A stretch of 64,000 nt of DNA from Octopus vulgaris (taxonomy: Eukaryota). Each line of letters starts with the position of its first letter. Position 1 is the first letter of the stretch. Below the pieces are notes generated by a model. That model saw only the letters and a list, made by a program, of their open reading frames with translations. It made no database searches and was not told the DNA's origin. The position numbers were made by a program, and so were the translations under genes. Positions 1 to 13,839 of the stretch are shown here, piece by piece. The stretch is from contig OX597822.1 in the NCBI GenBank assembly GCA_951406725.2, positions 109,120,001 to 109,184,000 of the forward strand. Reading direction: 5' to 3'.

Positions 1-200
1 GATAGTGTGAATTATCATCAGAATGTATCAAGGGGAATATAAAATAAGTTGGAACAGAGAGCCTAGTAGAAATGCTACAAAAGTCTTGCCGCCTTGGCAC
101 GGTCAGAATAATCAGGAAAGAACCAGCTGAAAAGAACGGATAGCATGGTACCGTAGTCTGCAGGTAGTCTCCAGGAGCTCCAACAAAACCTGTGATAAAA
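1..200 (+). mobile_element. 3' end of RLE-type non-LTR retrotransposon (R4/Dong-like), followed by (GAT)n tract
   Basis: Translates to LQKSCRLGTVRIIRK, like the terminal LQKxxLLGTARIIR motif of RLE LINEs. Similar sequence occurs on the minus strand at ~15500-15620. Confidence 0.7.
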
Positions 201-221
201 AGAAGTAATAACAATAGTGTT

Positions 222-241
222 GATGATAATGATTATAATGA

Positions 242-272
<31 letters not shown>

Positions 273-274
273 TG

Positions 275-312
<38 letters not shown>

Positions 313-326
313 CTGATGATGATGAT
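222..326. repeat. (GAT)n/(GGT)n trinucleotide microsatellite
   Basis: Direct reading. Confidence 0.95.
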
Positions 327-989
327 GGAAAATTAAGGATCACGGAAAATTGAAAGGGAAAATAGTGAGAAATCGTGGGCGAAATGAATACCCCTGTGGC
401 TCAGCTGATCATAATACTATACGTAGAACAGCTCACATTCTATACAGTATATTCTGAATCAAGTGGTGCCTTCCCTTTAGTAGGTGAGGCATTTAACGCG
501 CATCTATTTAAATACGATATAAACAAGAGGTACAGATGATGTTAAAAACGGCAGAATTTTTTACAGATTATTGAAAATAGCCTCCGTTCCAACTAAAAAG
601 GTAGGTACGCCATAAGAGCAATTGATCTGCTAGGGTTTAAATCCAAAGAAGAAATATTTCATTGTGATACCTTAAATACTAGAAAAAACGTCATAGATGC
701 ACACCTTTAATTCCTTAGGAAGTGCATACAGGACGTATTCTAGATATAAACCACAGACATTTGTTATAAAACGGAGATATGTTTGTCCATTTATCTTTAA
801 CTCTTTAACTGCACTGTAAAATATAAATCAAACTATTCTTGAGTTCTAAAGATCATGTCTAACAGTCAAACACCCATTATATTAAGTCCAGTATAATAGC
901 CAAGGGACACATTCGATTACAAATCTCTTGAATTACACCTAAATTAGAACGTCGAACAACATGTTTAGTAGTATTTAATCAGGTTCCTT

Positions 990-1140
990 ATTTTCTGGGT
1001 TCGAATTCCGACGATGTTAATTTGCTTTTCGTTCCTAGAAGGTCGAAAAGTGACAGTTGCAGTAAAGTACCTGGGGGCGATGAAATCGATTGGACCCTCA
1101 CCGCAAAACTGCTGAGCGTTTGCCAAAACTTGAAAGGATA
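990..1140 (+). mobile_element. Degenerate SINE family C fragment
   Basis: ttctgggttcgaattccg...ttttcgttcctagaaggtcga...aagtacctgggg resembles the intact copy at 32081-32310. Confidence 0.55.
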
Positions 1141-1383
1141 ACGTTATTAACTCCAATAAATAATACACATATAAGCCGCATTCAAGAAAATATTAATTTG
1201 TCATGTATATCACGTGATCATTGCTGCATATGCAACACATCATCAATAGATACGGAAAAATTATTGTGAGTAATTAAATGAAGCATAATTTTCTTTATAT
1301 AAACGGCAATTTTTTTATATACATAAACATAAAGTGTAAAGACCAATGCCAGACAGAATAATTCCAGAACAGGAAAGAAATCT

Positions 1384-1735
<352 letters not shown>

Positions 1736-2388
1736 GTTATAGGCTTTCTATGGAATTTGCAGACTAACCACTCCCATCATAGCATTCGGACGATACGATG
1801 AATTACTTGTTTTATGACGAATAACGAACAACATAAAGAACGTATTTAAACGTGATTATAATTCATTTCATGGTATTATTGACTTGTCTGAGCTAATTAG
1901 ATCAAGGTGAACAATATGGATTTCAAAAAAGGTCACGAGTCACAACATCTTGCTTTGTTAGAAATAGTTAATTGCATTAAAATATTTAATCAATAAACAT
2001 CAGTAAATGATATTCAAACCAACGATCATATTAATTAAGTAATTGATCAATTAAATAATTCTGTTTCACACAAATGACATTGTGTACATTGGGACAAAAG
2101 AAAGAAAAGAAAAACTGAAAGGGCGTCGAGAAAGAAAATAATGCGATTTGTAATGAGGTATGATAGTAACGCCCCCACAAAAAGCGTGAAGTATACGTTA
2201 TATATTATAAGCACATACTCTTCCATACACTTAGGCACCTCACACACACACACTCACACACGCATACACACACACGTACGCACACACCACCCACATATAT
2301 ATTTATGTGCACGATGATGTTTATATGTATGCAACTACAAACACATACGCATATGCATACACACACTTATATACTGGCAGACAAACAT

Positions 2389-2477
<89 letters not shown>

Positions 2478-2560
2478 TTGCAATTGCTGCAATTGTTCTA
2501 ACGGGAATTCTCTTATGAAAAATAAGTGTAATACTAGAAATGTAATATACATATGTATAG

Positions 2561-3000
2561 TTACATCTGACGGTCAGGAATTCCTTCACATTGGTGGGAC
2601 ATCATTAACTTTCTAGAGGTGACTGACAAATCATTTGAGTCCACTTAAGGAAAAAAATAAAATGCTCTAAACGAATCTTAGAAAATTAATCTGATCTTAG
2701 AAATAATTTGTACTTCAAAATCATAGGGAACTAGAACCAAACGATGTGAACTATGTGAAGAAGAATTTTGTAGGATTTTTACATCCAAGAGAAATGTAAT
2801 AAATTCTAGGCAGGAGCAAGCATTGGGATAATTGCACATAAAGGAATTTACGTTTGCCAAATATAAAGAGTAATTATCATTTAAGCTATACAAGGATTTT
2901 GAAATCATAGACTGAAAACGGTCATCCAATACAAACTTGAAATAGAGATTGTTCGTTTCTGACTTAACGGACAACTCTACATTATATAACTCATGAGTCT
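2561..3000 (-). pseudogene. Candidate exon or decayed exon, possibly BRICHOS-like
   Basis: Strong acceptor (ttttcttttag) just above 3000, then an open frame to 2678 (xTHELYNVELSVKSETNNLYFKFVLDDRFQSMISKSLYSLNDNYSLYLANV...). The same frame continues past two TAA stops to VDSNDLSVTSRKLMMSHQCEGIPDRQM*. Confidence 0.3.
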
Positions 3001-3261
3001 CTAAAAGAAAATCATTAAACAGTCATACCGAGGGATATCAAGTTATGATCCCGAAGAGATGACACCGTTTTATAGTAAGATTGGAATTGCAACGTTTACT
3101 AATCCGTATAATTGAAACAGGTGTTCGCCTGAATAGGCATTACGTAATTAAAGAATTAAAAGTAATGCAATTCCTATTTCGGAGTAATCCTTATTTTTAA
3201 TATTGTCAATATACTGTGTTACTCCATAAATAATGCAGATTTTTCACTTGCATGAATTAAA

Positions 3262-3959
<698 letters not shown>

Positions 3960-4948
3960 GTATATATATATAATGAATTAATAAATAAATAAAACATATG
4001 CATATATACATACATATATGTACGTACCTACCTCTACATGTATATATACATGCATATATGGGTACAGGACACCAAACAAAACGTCGAACACAATGAGAAA
4101 CGAAATCATAAACACAAAACCAAAGAAATGGACATTTTTCTTAAACAACGAAAAAAATAGAGTACAGGACATACAAAACAAGGAAAATTCCCCTTCGTCA
4201 GTCGCCTTTGTTTCGAGTCCGCAATACCTCAGTTAAAAGTAGATAGACCAGTACGCGATGGATACAAAAATCACTACATGCAAGACGCCAGAAACTGTTA
4301 AAAACAATTGTTTTCTCACTCTTGTCCATTTATTCAATAAAAAAAAAAAACACAATCTCTCCGAATTTAATGTAATGTAACCTTATCATATTCTTTGCTG
4401 AACATCTAATTTGACGTTGTGTCCGTTACTGAATTTTATGTGAACATTTCATCATTTAAACATGTTTGTTAGATTTCGACTTCGTAAGTTTAAACTCTGT
4501 TAAACACTCATTGTTTTATATATTTCTATCATTGATGAACAAAAAAAAATGTTGAAACTGGTTTGCTTTGTATGTAAATAAATCCATTTGAAAACAACTA
4601 CAGGTTTTTCAAATACAGGTGTTTTTTAAAATACAGGTGTATTTCCAAAAACAAATTCTCCTGCACACACGCACACACATACACACACATGCACTCACAC
4701 ACATATAGATACATGTACAGAAACAAACATACATACATTGGTGCTTATTTGTTCTGCCTATAGGAGTTTTATAAGAAACAACATTCCGTATTTGTAAATG
4801 TAGTTTAGCAGAGAGAACTATAACATAAAAGTTAATTTACTATTGAAATCCATGAGGTAAACAACATGCTTTCATTGCATTATATAATGAGAGAAAGTGG
4901 AATTTCCATGCACTCGTGTATACATTATTATTATACACATTCGCACAC

Positions 4949-5300
4949 TGGAGGCGCAATGGCCCAGTTACAGGATCGCGGTTTCGATTCCCACACCGGG
5001 CGTTGTGAATGTTCATTGATCGAAAACACATCGAGCTTCACAAGGCTGCGGCAGGGGGTGTTGGCGAACCGTGCTGTACTCCTTCAACACAACTATCTCT
5101 CACTCTTTGTTTCTGTTTTATCTGTATTTCAAAGGGGACCAGCAGTGTCACGCTCTGTGTCACGCTGAATCACCCCGAGAACTACAGTGAGGGTACACGT
5201 GCTGTGGAGTACTCAGCCACTTGCACGATAATTTCACGAGCAGGCTATTCCGTTCATTAGATCAATTTGATCCTTCGTTGTCGTAACGGACAGAGTACCG
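4949..5300 (+). mobile_element. tRNA-derived SINE family B
   Basis: tggaggcgcaatggcccagt head, ggtttcgattccc B-box; body and tail match 28486-28873. Confidence 0.85.
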
Positions 5301-5344
5301 TAGTAAGAAAAAGAAATTGAAAAGAATTCGCACGTCAAAAATTA

Positions 5345-5601
5345 CTCCGTCAGTTGATCCGATCAAAGGAAAACCACTTTAAATTTGATGAGCACTCAGC
5401 AGACACGGGTACCCTTCACATTTCTCGGGGAGAATCAGTATGGCGCAGAATGAGACAAAGCTGACCATTTAAATTACAGGTACTAGTAATTTTTGCCAGC
5501 TGAATGAACTGGAACAAAATATGTCTTGATGAAGGACAATGCATCGCCAGGTATCGAACATATGTGGCGAAAACACTAACCACTTATGCACCGCGCCTCC
5601 A
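5345..5601 (-). mobile_element. Degenerate SINE sharing head and tail with family B, inverted relative to the previous copy
   Basis: Ends gcgcctcca (reverse of tggaggcgc head); tail tccgtc...gatccgatcaa...gagcactcag...acccttcac matches the family B tail. Confidence 0.65.
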
Positions 5602-5632
5602 TACTTACACATATCATATTCATACGTAATGA

Positions 5633-5800
5633 ATGCGTGGTAAGTGGCTTTTTACCATCCATATGATTCCGAGTTCAGTCCCACTGCGTGGCACCTTGGG
5701 CAAGTATCTTCTACTATAACATCGGGTCGACCAAATCCTTGTGAGTGGATTTGGTAGGTGGAAACTGAAAGAAGCCCGTCGTATATATGTATATATATGC

Positions 5801-5833
<33 letters not shown>

Positions 5834-6082
5834 AGTGTGTGTTTGTGTATGTGTGTATGTGTGTATGTTTGTGTGTCTGTGTTTGTCCCCCCAGTATCGC
5901 TGGACAACCGATGCTGGTGTGTTTACGTCATGGTAAATTAGCGGTTCGGCAAAATAAACCGATTGAATAAGTACTAGGCTTACAAAGAATAGGTCCTGGG
6001 CTAAATTTGCTCGACTAAAGGCGGTGCTTCAGCATGGCCACAGTCAAATGACTGAAATAAGTAAAAGAATAAAAGAGTAAAA
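5633..6082 (+). mobile_element. tRNA-derived SINE family A with internal (TA)/(TG) microsatellite
   Basis: Shared blocks gttcagtcccactgcgtggcaccttgggcaagt, ccttgtgagtggatttggtag and tail aaagagtaaaag. Confidence 0.9.
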
Positions 6083-6670
6083 GATAATATATACATACAT
6101 ACAATTTACTGACGCATAGACACAATTATATACATGTGTGTTTGAGTTTGTGTATGTGTGTGGTTACGTGAGCGTGCATGCATATGTGTGCGCGTGTGTG
6201 TGAGCACATCTGTGTTATTAACTAGGTGTGTTTGTATTTATATATTACAAGCGGATATGTAAACATATAATTCTTCTCTAAGCGTAGGCCAGTGTTTCCG
6301 GCAGATATACACTAATATATCTTTCAAGTTCCCTCATCAGATTCATTCTACATTGTACTTCATTATTTTCCCTCAAATTATCACTCTAACAGAGGAAGCA
6401 AATCATTTGTATGAAATATGAAAATAAAATAATTTGAATAAGAAGAATACTTCTTTCTATTTACATGAAATATTTTCGATTTTATAATTTGCTCACATCG
6501 TATATCTTCAGTTAGTCGTTGCAAGTATGACACTTCTTTATTTTGCCATGACTTCATAAACTTTCTCTTTGATGGTCGGTTTTTCGCTTGGGTTTACCAA
6601 TTATTACAATGAATCTCTTTTCACTTTTTACTTTCCTTTTTGCAGAAACTTCGTAAGTAAATGAATAAAT

Positions 6671-7207
6671 GAAGGGTGACTAAAAAGTAACTCCCTGTTC
6701 TAAAACACTTATAAATTATCTATTAATTCTAATTCTTTTCTCAATTTCATTTGTATTTTTTCCTTGTAGTATGAGAATTTAATCTGTAATCTTATTGCTC
6801 TAGTCTCTGGTAAATAGTTGAATGTCCACTTCCTCGGGAGATGATTGGGTCGTCATGGTCAACAGGAATTTTCCAGCCAAGAGACCCGACTTAACACTAT
6901 CTTGCTTCTTTATTTGGGGTTGCTTCAAGGAACAAGTCTATTGTATAAAACCAAAGAATTTGGAAGAACTTGAAGGGCGAATACGAGCCGTTATATATCT
7001 TCTATTTCACCAGGGTTCCTGGAGAAACCAGCTGACACAATTCCGAGTGACACAAGGGGCTTGTGGGAACCTCTGGAGGCCATATCGAATTTTAAATAAC
7101 TCTTCATAATAACAGCTTTCCCCTCATATCCATTTTTTGGCAAAAATTACAATTTATAAATAAGTTATAAGTACTTAAAAATAGAGGATTATTTTCCAAA
7201 CACCCAC
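6671..7207 (+). mobile_element. Internally deleted Tc1/mariner element with imperfect TIRs
   Basis: FPAKRPDLTLSCFFIWGCFKEQVY motif (ORF 6822-7109). Left end gggtgactaaaaagtaactccctgttctaaaacacttataa is an imperfect inverse of the right end ttataagtacttaaaaatagaggattattttccaaacaccc. Confidence 0.7.
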
Positions 7208-7417
7208 TATACATATGTGTGTGCCTGTGTGAGTGTTTTACTTTTAGTCTTCGTTATCAACACAACTGTAAATTTTATAAAAACCCGAAAATAAAACTTG
7301 TGATAGCCTTCAAAAAATTTCGGGATTTTGTATTTTTATCCTAATATATTCTTTAGTCTTCGTTTAGTTTCTCAAAATTTCCAATTTGACTCATTTATTA
7401 TACATACACATTGTATG

Positions 7418-7512
<95 letters not shown>

Positions 7513-7614
7513 GCGTATATCTATATATACAATTAACACACATATATTTTAATAATTCACACACGCATGCATATATATATTATATATGTATATATATGTT
7601 TATTTATATATCTG

Positions 7615-7710
<96 letters not shown>

Positions 7711-7757
7711 GAATGAGAGGGAGAGAGAGTGACAGTAAGAGCCATATATGGTTACAT

Positions 7758-7787
7758 AGACAGACAGACAGACAGAGAGACAGACAT

Positions 7788-7856
<69 letters not shown>

Positions 7857-7895
7857 CAGACAGACATATAGATTGATAGACGGACAGATAGATAG
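7758..7895. repeat. (GACA)n/(GATA)n tetranucleotide microsatellite
   Basis: Direct reading. Confidence 0.95.
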
Positions 7896-8352
7896 AAGGT
7901 AGATGGATGGAGAGAGATAGCTGAAAAATAGAAGGAGATATAGATTGTTAAATAGGAAGATACACACATATATACATAAACATATCTGTACATGTGAATC
8001 ACACACAAATACAAGCACGCACGCCGAAACAGGCAAACACACACGCACATATTTTACTTATAATATATACACATATTGCGTCTGACGTATTTCTGTCCCA
8101 CTGAGATATAAATCATAAATAATTCCTCGATGCCAGCACTAATGACAAAATGATAAATGTCTCAATGCATATACATATCCCATTACAAGGAGAGCAACAT
8201 GATTATGAAAGTAACATGATTAGATTCTGTAAGTATGTAAGTATTATATATATATGTGTGTGTCTGTCTGTTTGTGTGTGTATATATATTTATGTATCTA
8301 TCTATGTATCTCTCTATCTCTCTATATAATATATTTATATATATACACACAT

Positions 8353-8412
<60 letters not shown>

Positions 8413-8510
8413 AAATTCACATATAAATATATATATATGCATTCATATATATGTAAATATTATATATATATATATATATAAACCATCCGATCTTCTGATT
8501 ACCTCAATTC

Positions 8511-8592
<82 letters not shown>

Positions 8593-9073
8593 CATATATA
8601 TGAATGTTTATATATGAATGTATATATATATATGTATATGTGAATTTGTCTATATATATATATATGTATGTGCTATACATATAACTATCTGTGTAAGGCA
8701 CTAAGTGATTACGCACTGCTAGAGTTAGTACGAAAGAAAGGGTGGAATTTCTGAGATAAAATCTTTTGAAAGATTTGTGGGAAAAAAACACAAAATGCAC
8801 ATCGCAGCGTGTCACCTACCTTCACTGGAGCAACTCGCAAGAACTACAAAGATTTTAAGCCATTGTCGATGCTTATCAATCCCGTGACTGAATTGCCCAT
8901 TTACCACCACAGACGCACACGTACACATCTTTATGCATATACATATATACATAAATATATATGCATATATATATTCATATACACACACACATATATATAT
9001 ATATGTATATATAAATATATATATATGCATATATATAATGCATAATATATATATATATATATATATATAATGC

Positions 9074-9125
<52 letters not shown>

Positions 9126-10348
9126 TATATATATATATATATAAATTTAAAATGAGGGTGACAAATTAGATTATACACCACTGGTCTAGCATATAAAATC
9201 TGAAGGTTCAGTAATATTGTATAATATACATATTAGAGGGAAGCCACTATGTGGACACCCTTATGCTAGAAATAGATCCGCTATGGTCTTACCACTAAGA
9301 AATCTTCTCAAGAAAACTTTAGCAAAACAACCAAAACTTAATCGAGCAAGACAAAAGAAAAAGCAATAAAAATATGGATTATTCTCATACATGTTTCGCT
9401 ATTAACATATTACGTAATTTTACTTACATAAATGTCCGTAGATCATCGGTACGACCGTCCAGATGAATATAATTTGTACGACTGCATACTAGGACGTCCG
9501 CACAAAGTCAAACTTGTAAAACAGTCCTACCCATTACACTCGTCGTTGCTATTTCAAATGTCCTCGTTTTGATGCGCTATATTACCGGCAAAACTGATGC
9601 TGCAGATAATACGTTACAGCAGTGGTCTTTGCGGTCAGAGAACGTATTAATTTAAATTTAAAATGATGGTGAGAAATTTAAATTTAAAATTAGGGTGAGA
9701 AATTAGATATGAATTTAATTAACAACTTGAACCTTCATGTATAGTTTCTTGTTAAAGTTTGCCATGTCGTTTTTTCAAGGTGGCTTATACCCTAACCCCT
9801 ATTGCATGTGCAATCATTCCTTTCACATGATTATTTTTCTCAGCGTCTTCGGTGGGTACGGTCCAACCAATCCAGCGCTGCGATTGAGTAAAATTATCAT
9901 CTGTGTATTATACTATATGTATCCACAGCGTTACAGGGCAATGGACCTGTTGTCCTGTCTGAGATATCATCTCGTCATAGATCTCTTGAGTAAAAACACT
10001 CTATATGCGGGTACAGGGTAACCATCGTCGCTGCAATGGCCCTTGAGATACACTTCATCTTTGTTAAAGCTTGTCAATATCATACACTACATTATAAACC
10101 TTTTTAACCGTAAATCGTGGTTCAGTATATACATGAAACAATGGTCAAAACATTGATTTTGAGGAAGTATGCTCGGTTGTAAAAGTAATTTGTATTTGTA
10201 AATTTCACAGGCTCATCTCTTTTAATTGTGTGAACATTTAGTACGACACAATATATGTTTTTGTTGAAATTAGAAGATTCTTGTCTCAGTATCATTGCAA
10301 AAATAGACGCATTAAACGACGTTATTTGGTGGAGAATGGATTCCACAT

Positions 10349-10762
10349 ACTCTTTACTCTTTTACTCTTTTACTTGTTTCAGTCATTTGACTGCGGCCAT
10401 GTTGGAGCACCGCATTTAGTCGAGCAACTCGACCCCGGGACTTATTCTTTTTGTAAGCCCAGTACTTATTCTATCAGTCTCCTTTGCCGAACCGCTAAGT
10501 GACGGGGACGTAAACACACCAGCATCGGTTGTCAAGCAATGCTAGGGGGAAAAACACAGACACACAAACACACACATACATATATATATATACATATATA
10601 CGACAGGCTTCTTTCAGTTTCCGTCTACCAAATCCACTCACAAGGCATTGTTCGGCCCGGGGCTATAGCAGAAGACAGTTGCCCAAGATGCCACGCAGTG
10701 GGACTGAACCCGGAACCATGTGGTTGTTTATCAAGCTACTTACCACACAGCCACTCCAGCGC
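10349..10762 (-). mobile_element. SINE family A, full length
   Basis: Reverse complement of the family A consensus from (ctctttta)n tail to cagccactcc head. Confidence 0.92.
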
Positions 10763-10964
10763 ATATTAATATTCTTGATATCAATAACTTACTAAGTGCA
10801 ACACTAATGTTCGAATTTCAAATTCCCAGTTCTTTCGTTGAAAAGCTGTGTAGGAATGATGGTTTACGTAATGTTCATTGTACCGACACAAACTAGAAAA
10901 CACTATATTACTTTCAACTTCATATAACCATCTATATCTGTCTTACTATTTTCCCTCCTCTCTC

Positions 10965-11003
<39 letters not shown>

Positions 11004-11056
11004 ATATATATATATATATATATCTCACTATATATATATATATATATATATCTCAC

Positions 11057-11087
<31 letters not shown>

Positions 11088-11088
11088 C

Positions 11089-11174
<86 letters not shown>

Positions 11175-11439
11175 GAGAGATAGATAGATAGGTAGATATC
11201 AACAGAAAAGATACCCTGTCTAGAAATCTGACGTTGTGAACTTCTAATTTACTTTTAAGTAAGTGGGGTTAATATTGCCATGCATTTAAGCGGTATGTTA
11301 GCTAAATTCCTACGGTAATGTAATCAGCCGCTGGAAAGTCTAATACAATACTAAACGAATTACGCACAATCACAGAGACACACGCACAGGCACTCATATA
11401 TGTATGAGTGTGTCTGCGTGTGTGTGCATATTGTGTGGC

Positions 11440-11590
11440 AATCTATGTCATACTGAATCTCCCTAAGAACTACTTTAAAGATTCGCGTGTCTGTGGAGTA
11501 CTCAGTTAATTGCACGTTAATTTCACGAGATTTATGTTCCTTTGATTGAATCAACTGCAATTCTCGTAGTCGTAACCGACGAACCGCCAG
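11440..11590 (+). mobile_element. SINE family B 3' fragment
   Basis: gtgtctgtggagtactcag...cacgttaatttcacgag...gtcgtaaccgacg tail. Confidence 0.7.
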
Positions 11591-12225
11591 TTATACGTGG
11601 TACGATACAGTATTTAAAAAAAAATCGAAATATTGTTTTGATTGGTTTTTCTGAGAATACTAATATACCCTCCTTTAGTTCTCTTTTATTTTCTGTTTCT
11701 TTATGAAAACAACATCCAGCCGTCGCTGAAGTCTATTTATTCCTCGCTAGTGCTATCAAAAGAAAATTTTTTGCCACATTTGATTTTTATGGCTAAATTT
11801 ACAGCAGATTAACTTTTCATGAAAGTAATGCCAGAAGTAAAAGAAAAAAATAGAATGGACTTCGCACTCAAAATATGTGCTGTTAATCTCGGTTCGAATT
11901 TTTTAAGTTTCTGTAACATAGCTAAAATTTTAGTGTTATATTGCTTATGACGGACGTATCTTATTTTGCTAAGTAAACAATTCAAATGTACTGGAGTGTA
12001 CTCTAAAATATCCTAAAAACCTATATCAGTAAAATAGATATTTGTCATGATTATAAAAATACATTAATGAGGTACAGTTATGTTAGTTTATCATTGTTCA
12101 TTTGGCAGCACGATCTATTTTGTTTAAGAACGGGTGGTTAATCCACGCGTTCAACTCCAACGCTGCTTAGCCAGTTATGTCGGCTATACTTTGACACCAC
12201 CTTCAAGAGTTTAGTCCAACAAATC

Positions 12226-12300
<75 letters not shown>

Positions 12301-12453
12301 CTTTGTAACAACAACACACACACACACACATACACACACACATATATATAATATATATATGTATATATGTGTATATGTATATATTTGTATGTATATGTAT
12401 AAATACTTCAGCCCATACTCTTATATAAATATGTGTGTGTATCTGTGTGTAAG

Positions 12454-13131
12454 AGTGTGTGCTGAAATATTGATAGACTGACTATGAAAAAATATTGTGA
12501 GAAATGCGAAATTTGGCATGTTGTAATTTGAGACCTTGCTATTAAAAACGGCATTGATTCCTTCCTGGTAACTTTGAAATTTGACTGTTCGAAGTGCATT
12601 TCAAACGTAACAAGTAGGGACCTTTTTAGAAAGTAAACAACATTTAGCATTGTCCTACGAAGGACATTCATGCTGACTGTATCAGTTGATGATATCCTCA
12701 GTTTCTTCAAAAGAAATACACCATCAATAGACAGTACTATGCCAGTTTGGTGAGGCATTTACGAAACGCTACTAAGACCAAGCTCCCAGAAGAACTGACG
12801 AAAGGTGTCTTGTTTCATCAGCACATGATTCCAACAGCATGCGCTTACTTTCAATGACCGCTTTGCGTCACTGTAGATTTGAATTGCTTCATCATCGTCT
12901 CTGTTCGCCTTATTTGTCCCCACATGGAAATCAATCGTTCCCTCAACTCTGAGAATGACGTGATATCTGTTGTTGATGACGTTCTTGACTAACAAGACTA
13001 GAAGCGACTTCAACAATAAGATAAAGACATTCCAACACCGATGGAAACGTAAGTGGACAGCAACGGGAACTATGTCGAAAAATAAATCTTTTTTGATTAT
13101 AGTACACGAGAGTTTTCAGCTGTCCTTGGTA
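12454..13131 (+). mobile_element. Degenerate mariner element
   Basis: C-terminal [25 protein letters not shown] resembles the mariner tail (F...GIxxLxxRWxKC); weakly inverted ends. Confidence 0.55.
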
Positions 13132-13172
13132 TATGTGTGTGTACACGCACAGATACACACACACGCACACAC

Positions 13173-13271
<99 letters not shown>

Positions 13272-13839
13272 CATACATATATACAAACAAATGAATACAA
13301 TCCTATATAGACTAGAAATTTATTTAGGTAGTAATCTATTAAAGCATCTTAATTATTACATTGTAACAGTCATTAAGCGAATTTGTTGATTAACGAATTT
13401 TGCATTAATCTAATTTCCCTTATTTAACGAAATATAGAGATGTTTAAATTAATAATCTAATCACTTCACTTAATGCAATGTACTGATATGAATACATTCG
13501 AGGATAGTTTATAAAACATATATTATAACAGTTAATAGGAATATTTAGTATAAATTTTACGAAGCACGCGGATGTACACGCGAACTTTAGAATATTGACA
13601 CATATAAACATATGTATCGTTTAGAAGATGTCGCGGTAATCAAATATTTTATTCATGGCGATTATGACAGATGTTATAGATAGCATAATTTATTACACAC
13701 GTCTTGCTATAAAGATTTGATAGATTCCAAAGGCGATACAAGTTCTGTTGGCACACAAATATACGTATACACACACATATACATACATAGACACATAGTC
13801 TTTCATTCTTATATACTCATACGCGGTATCTTATTCACG

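Noticed and set aside
8411-8650. Imperfect inverted repeat around a TA array
   Set aside because: Mostly low-complexity, self-complementary TA sequence.
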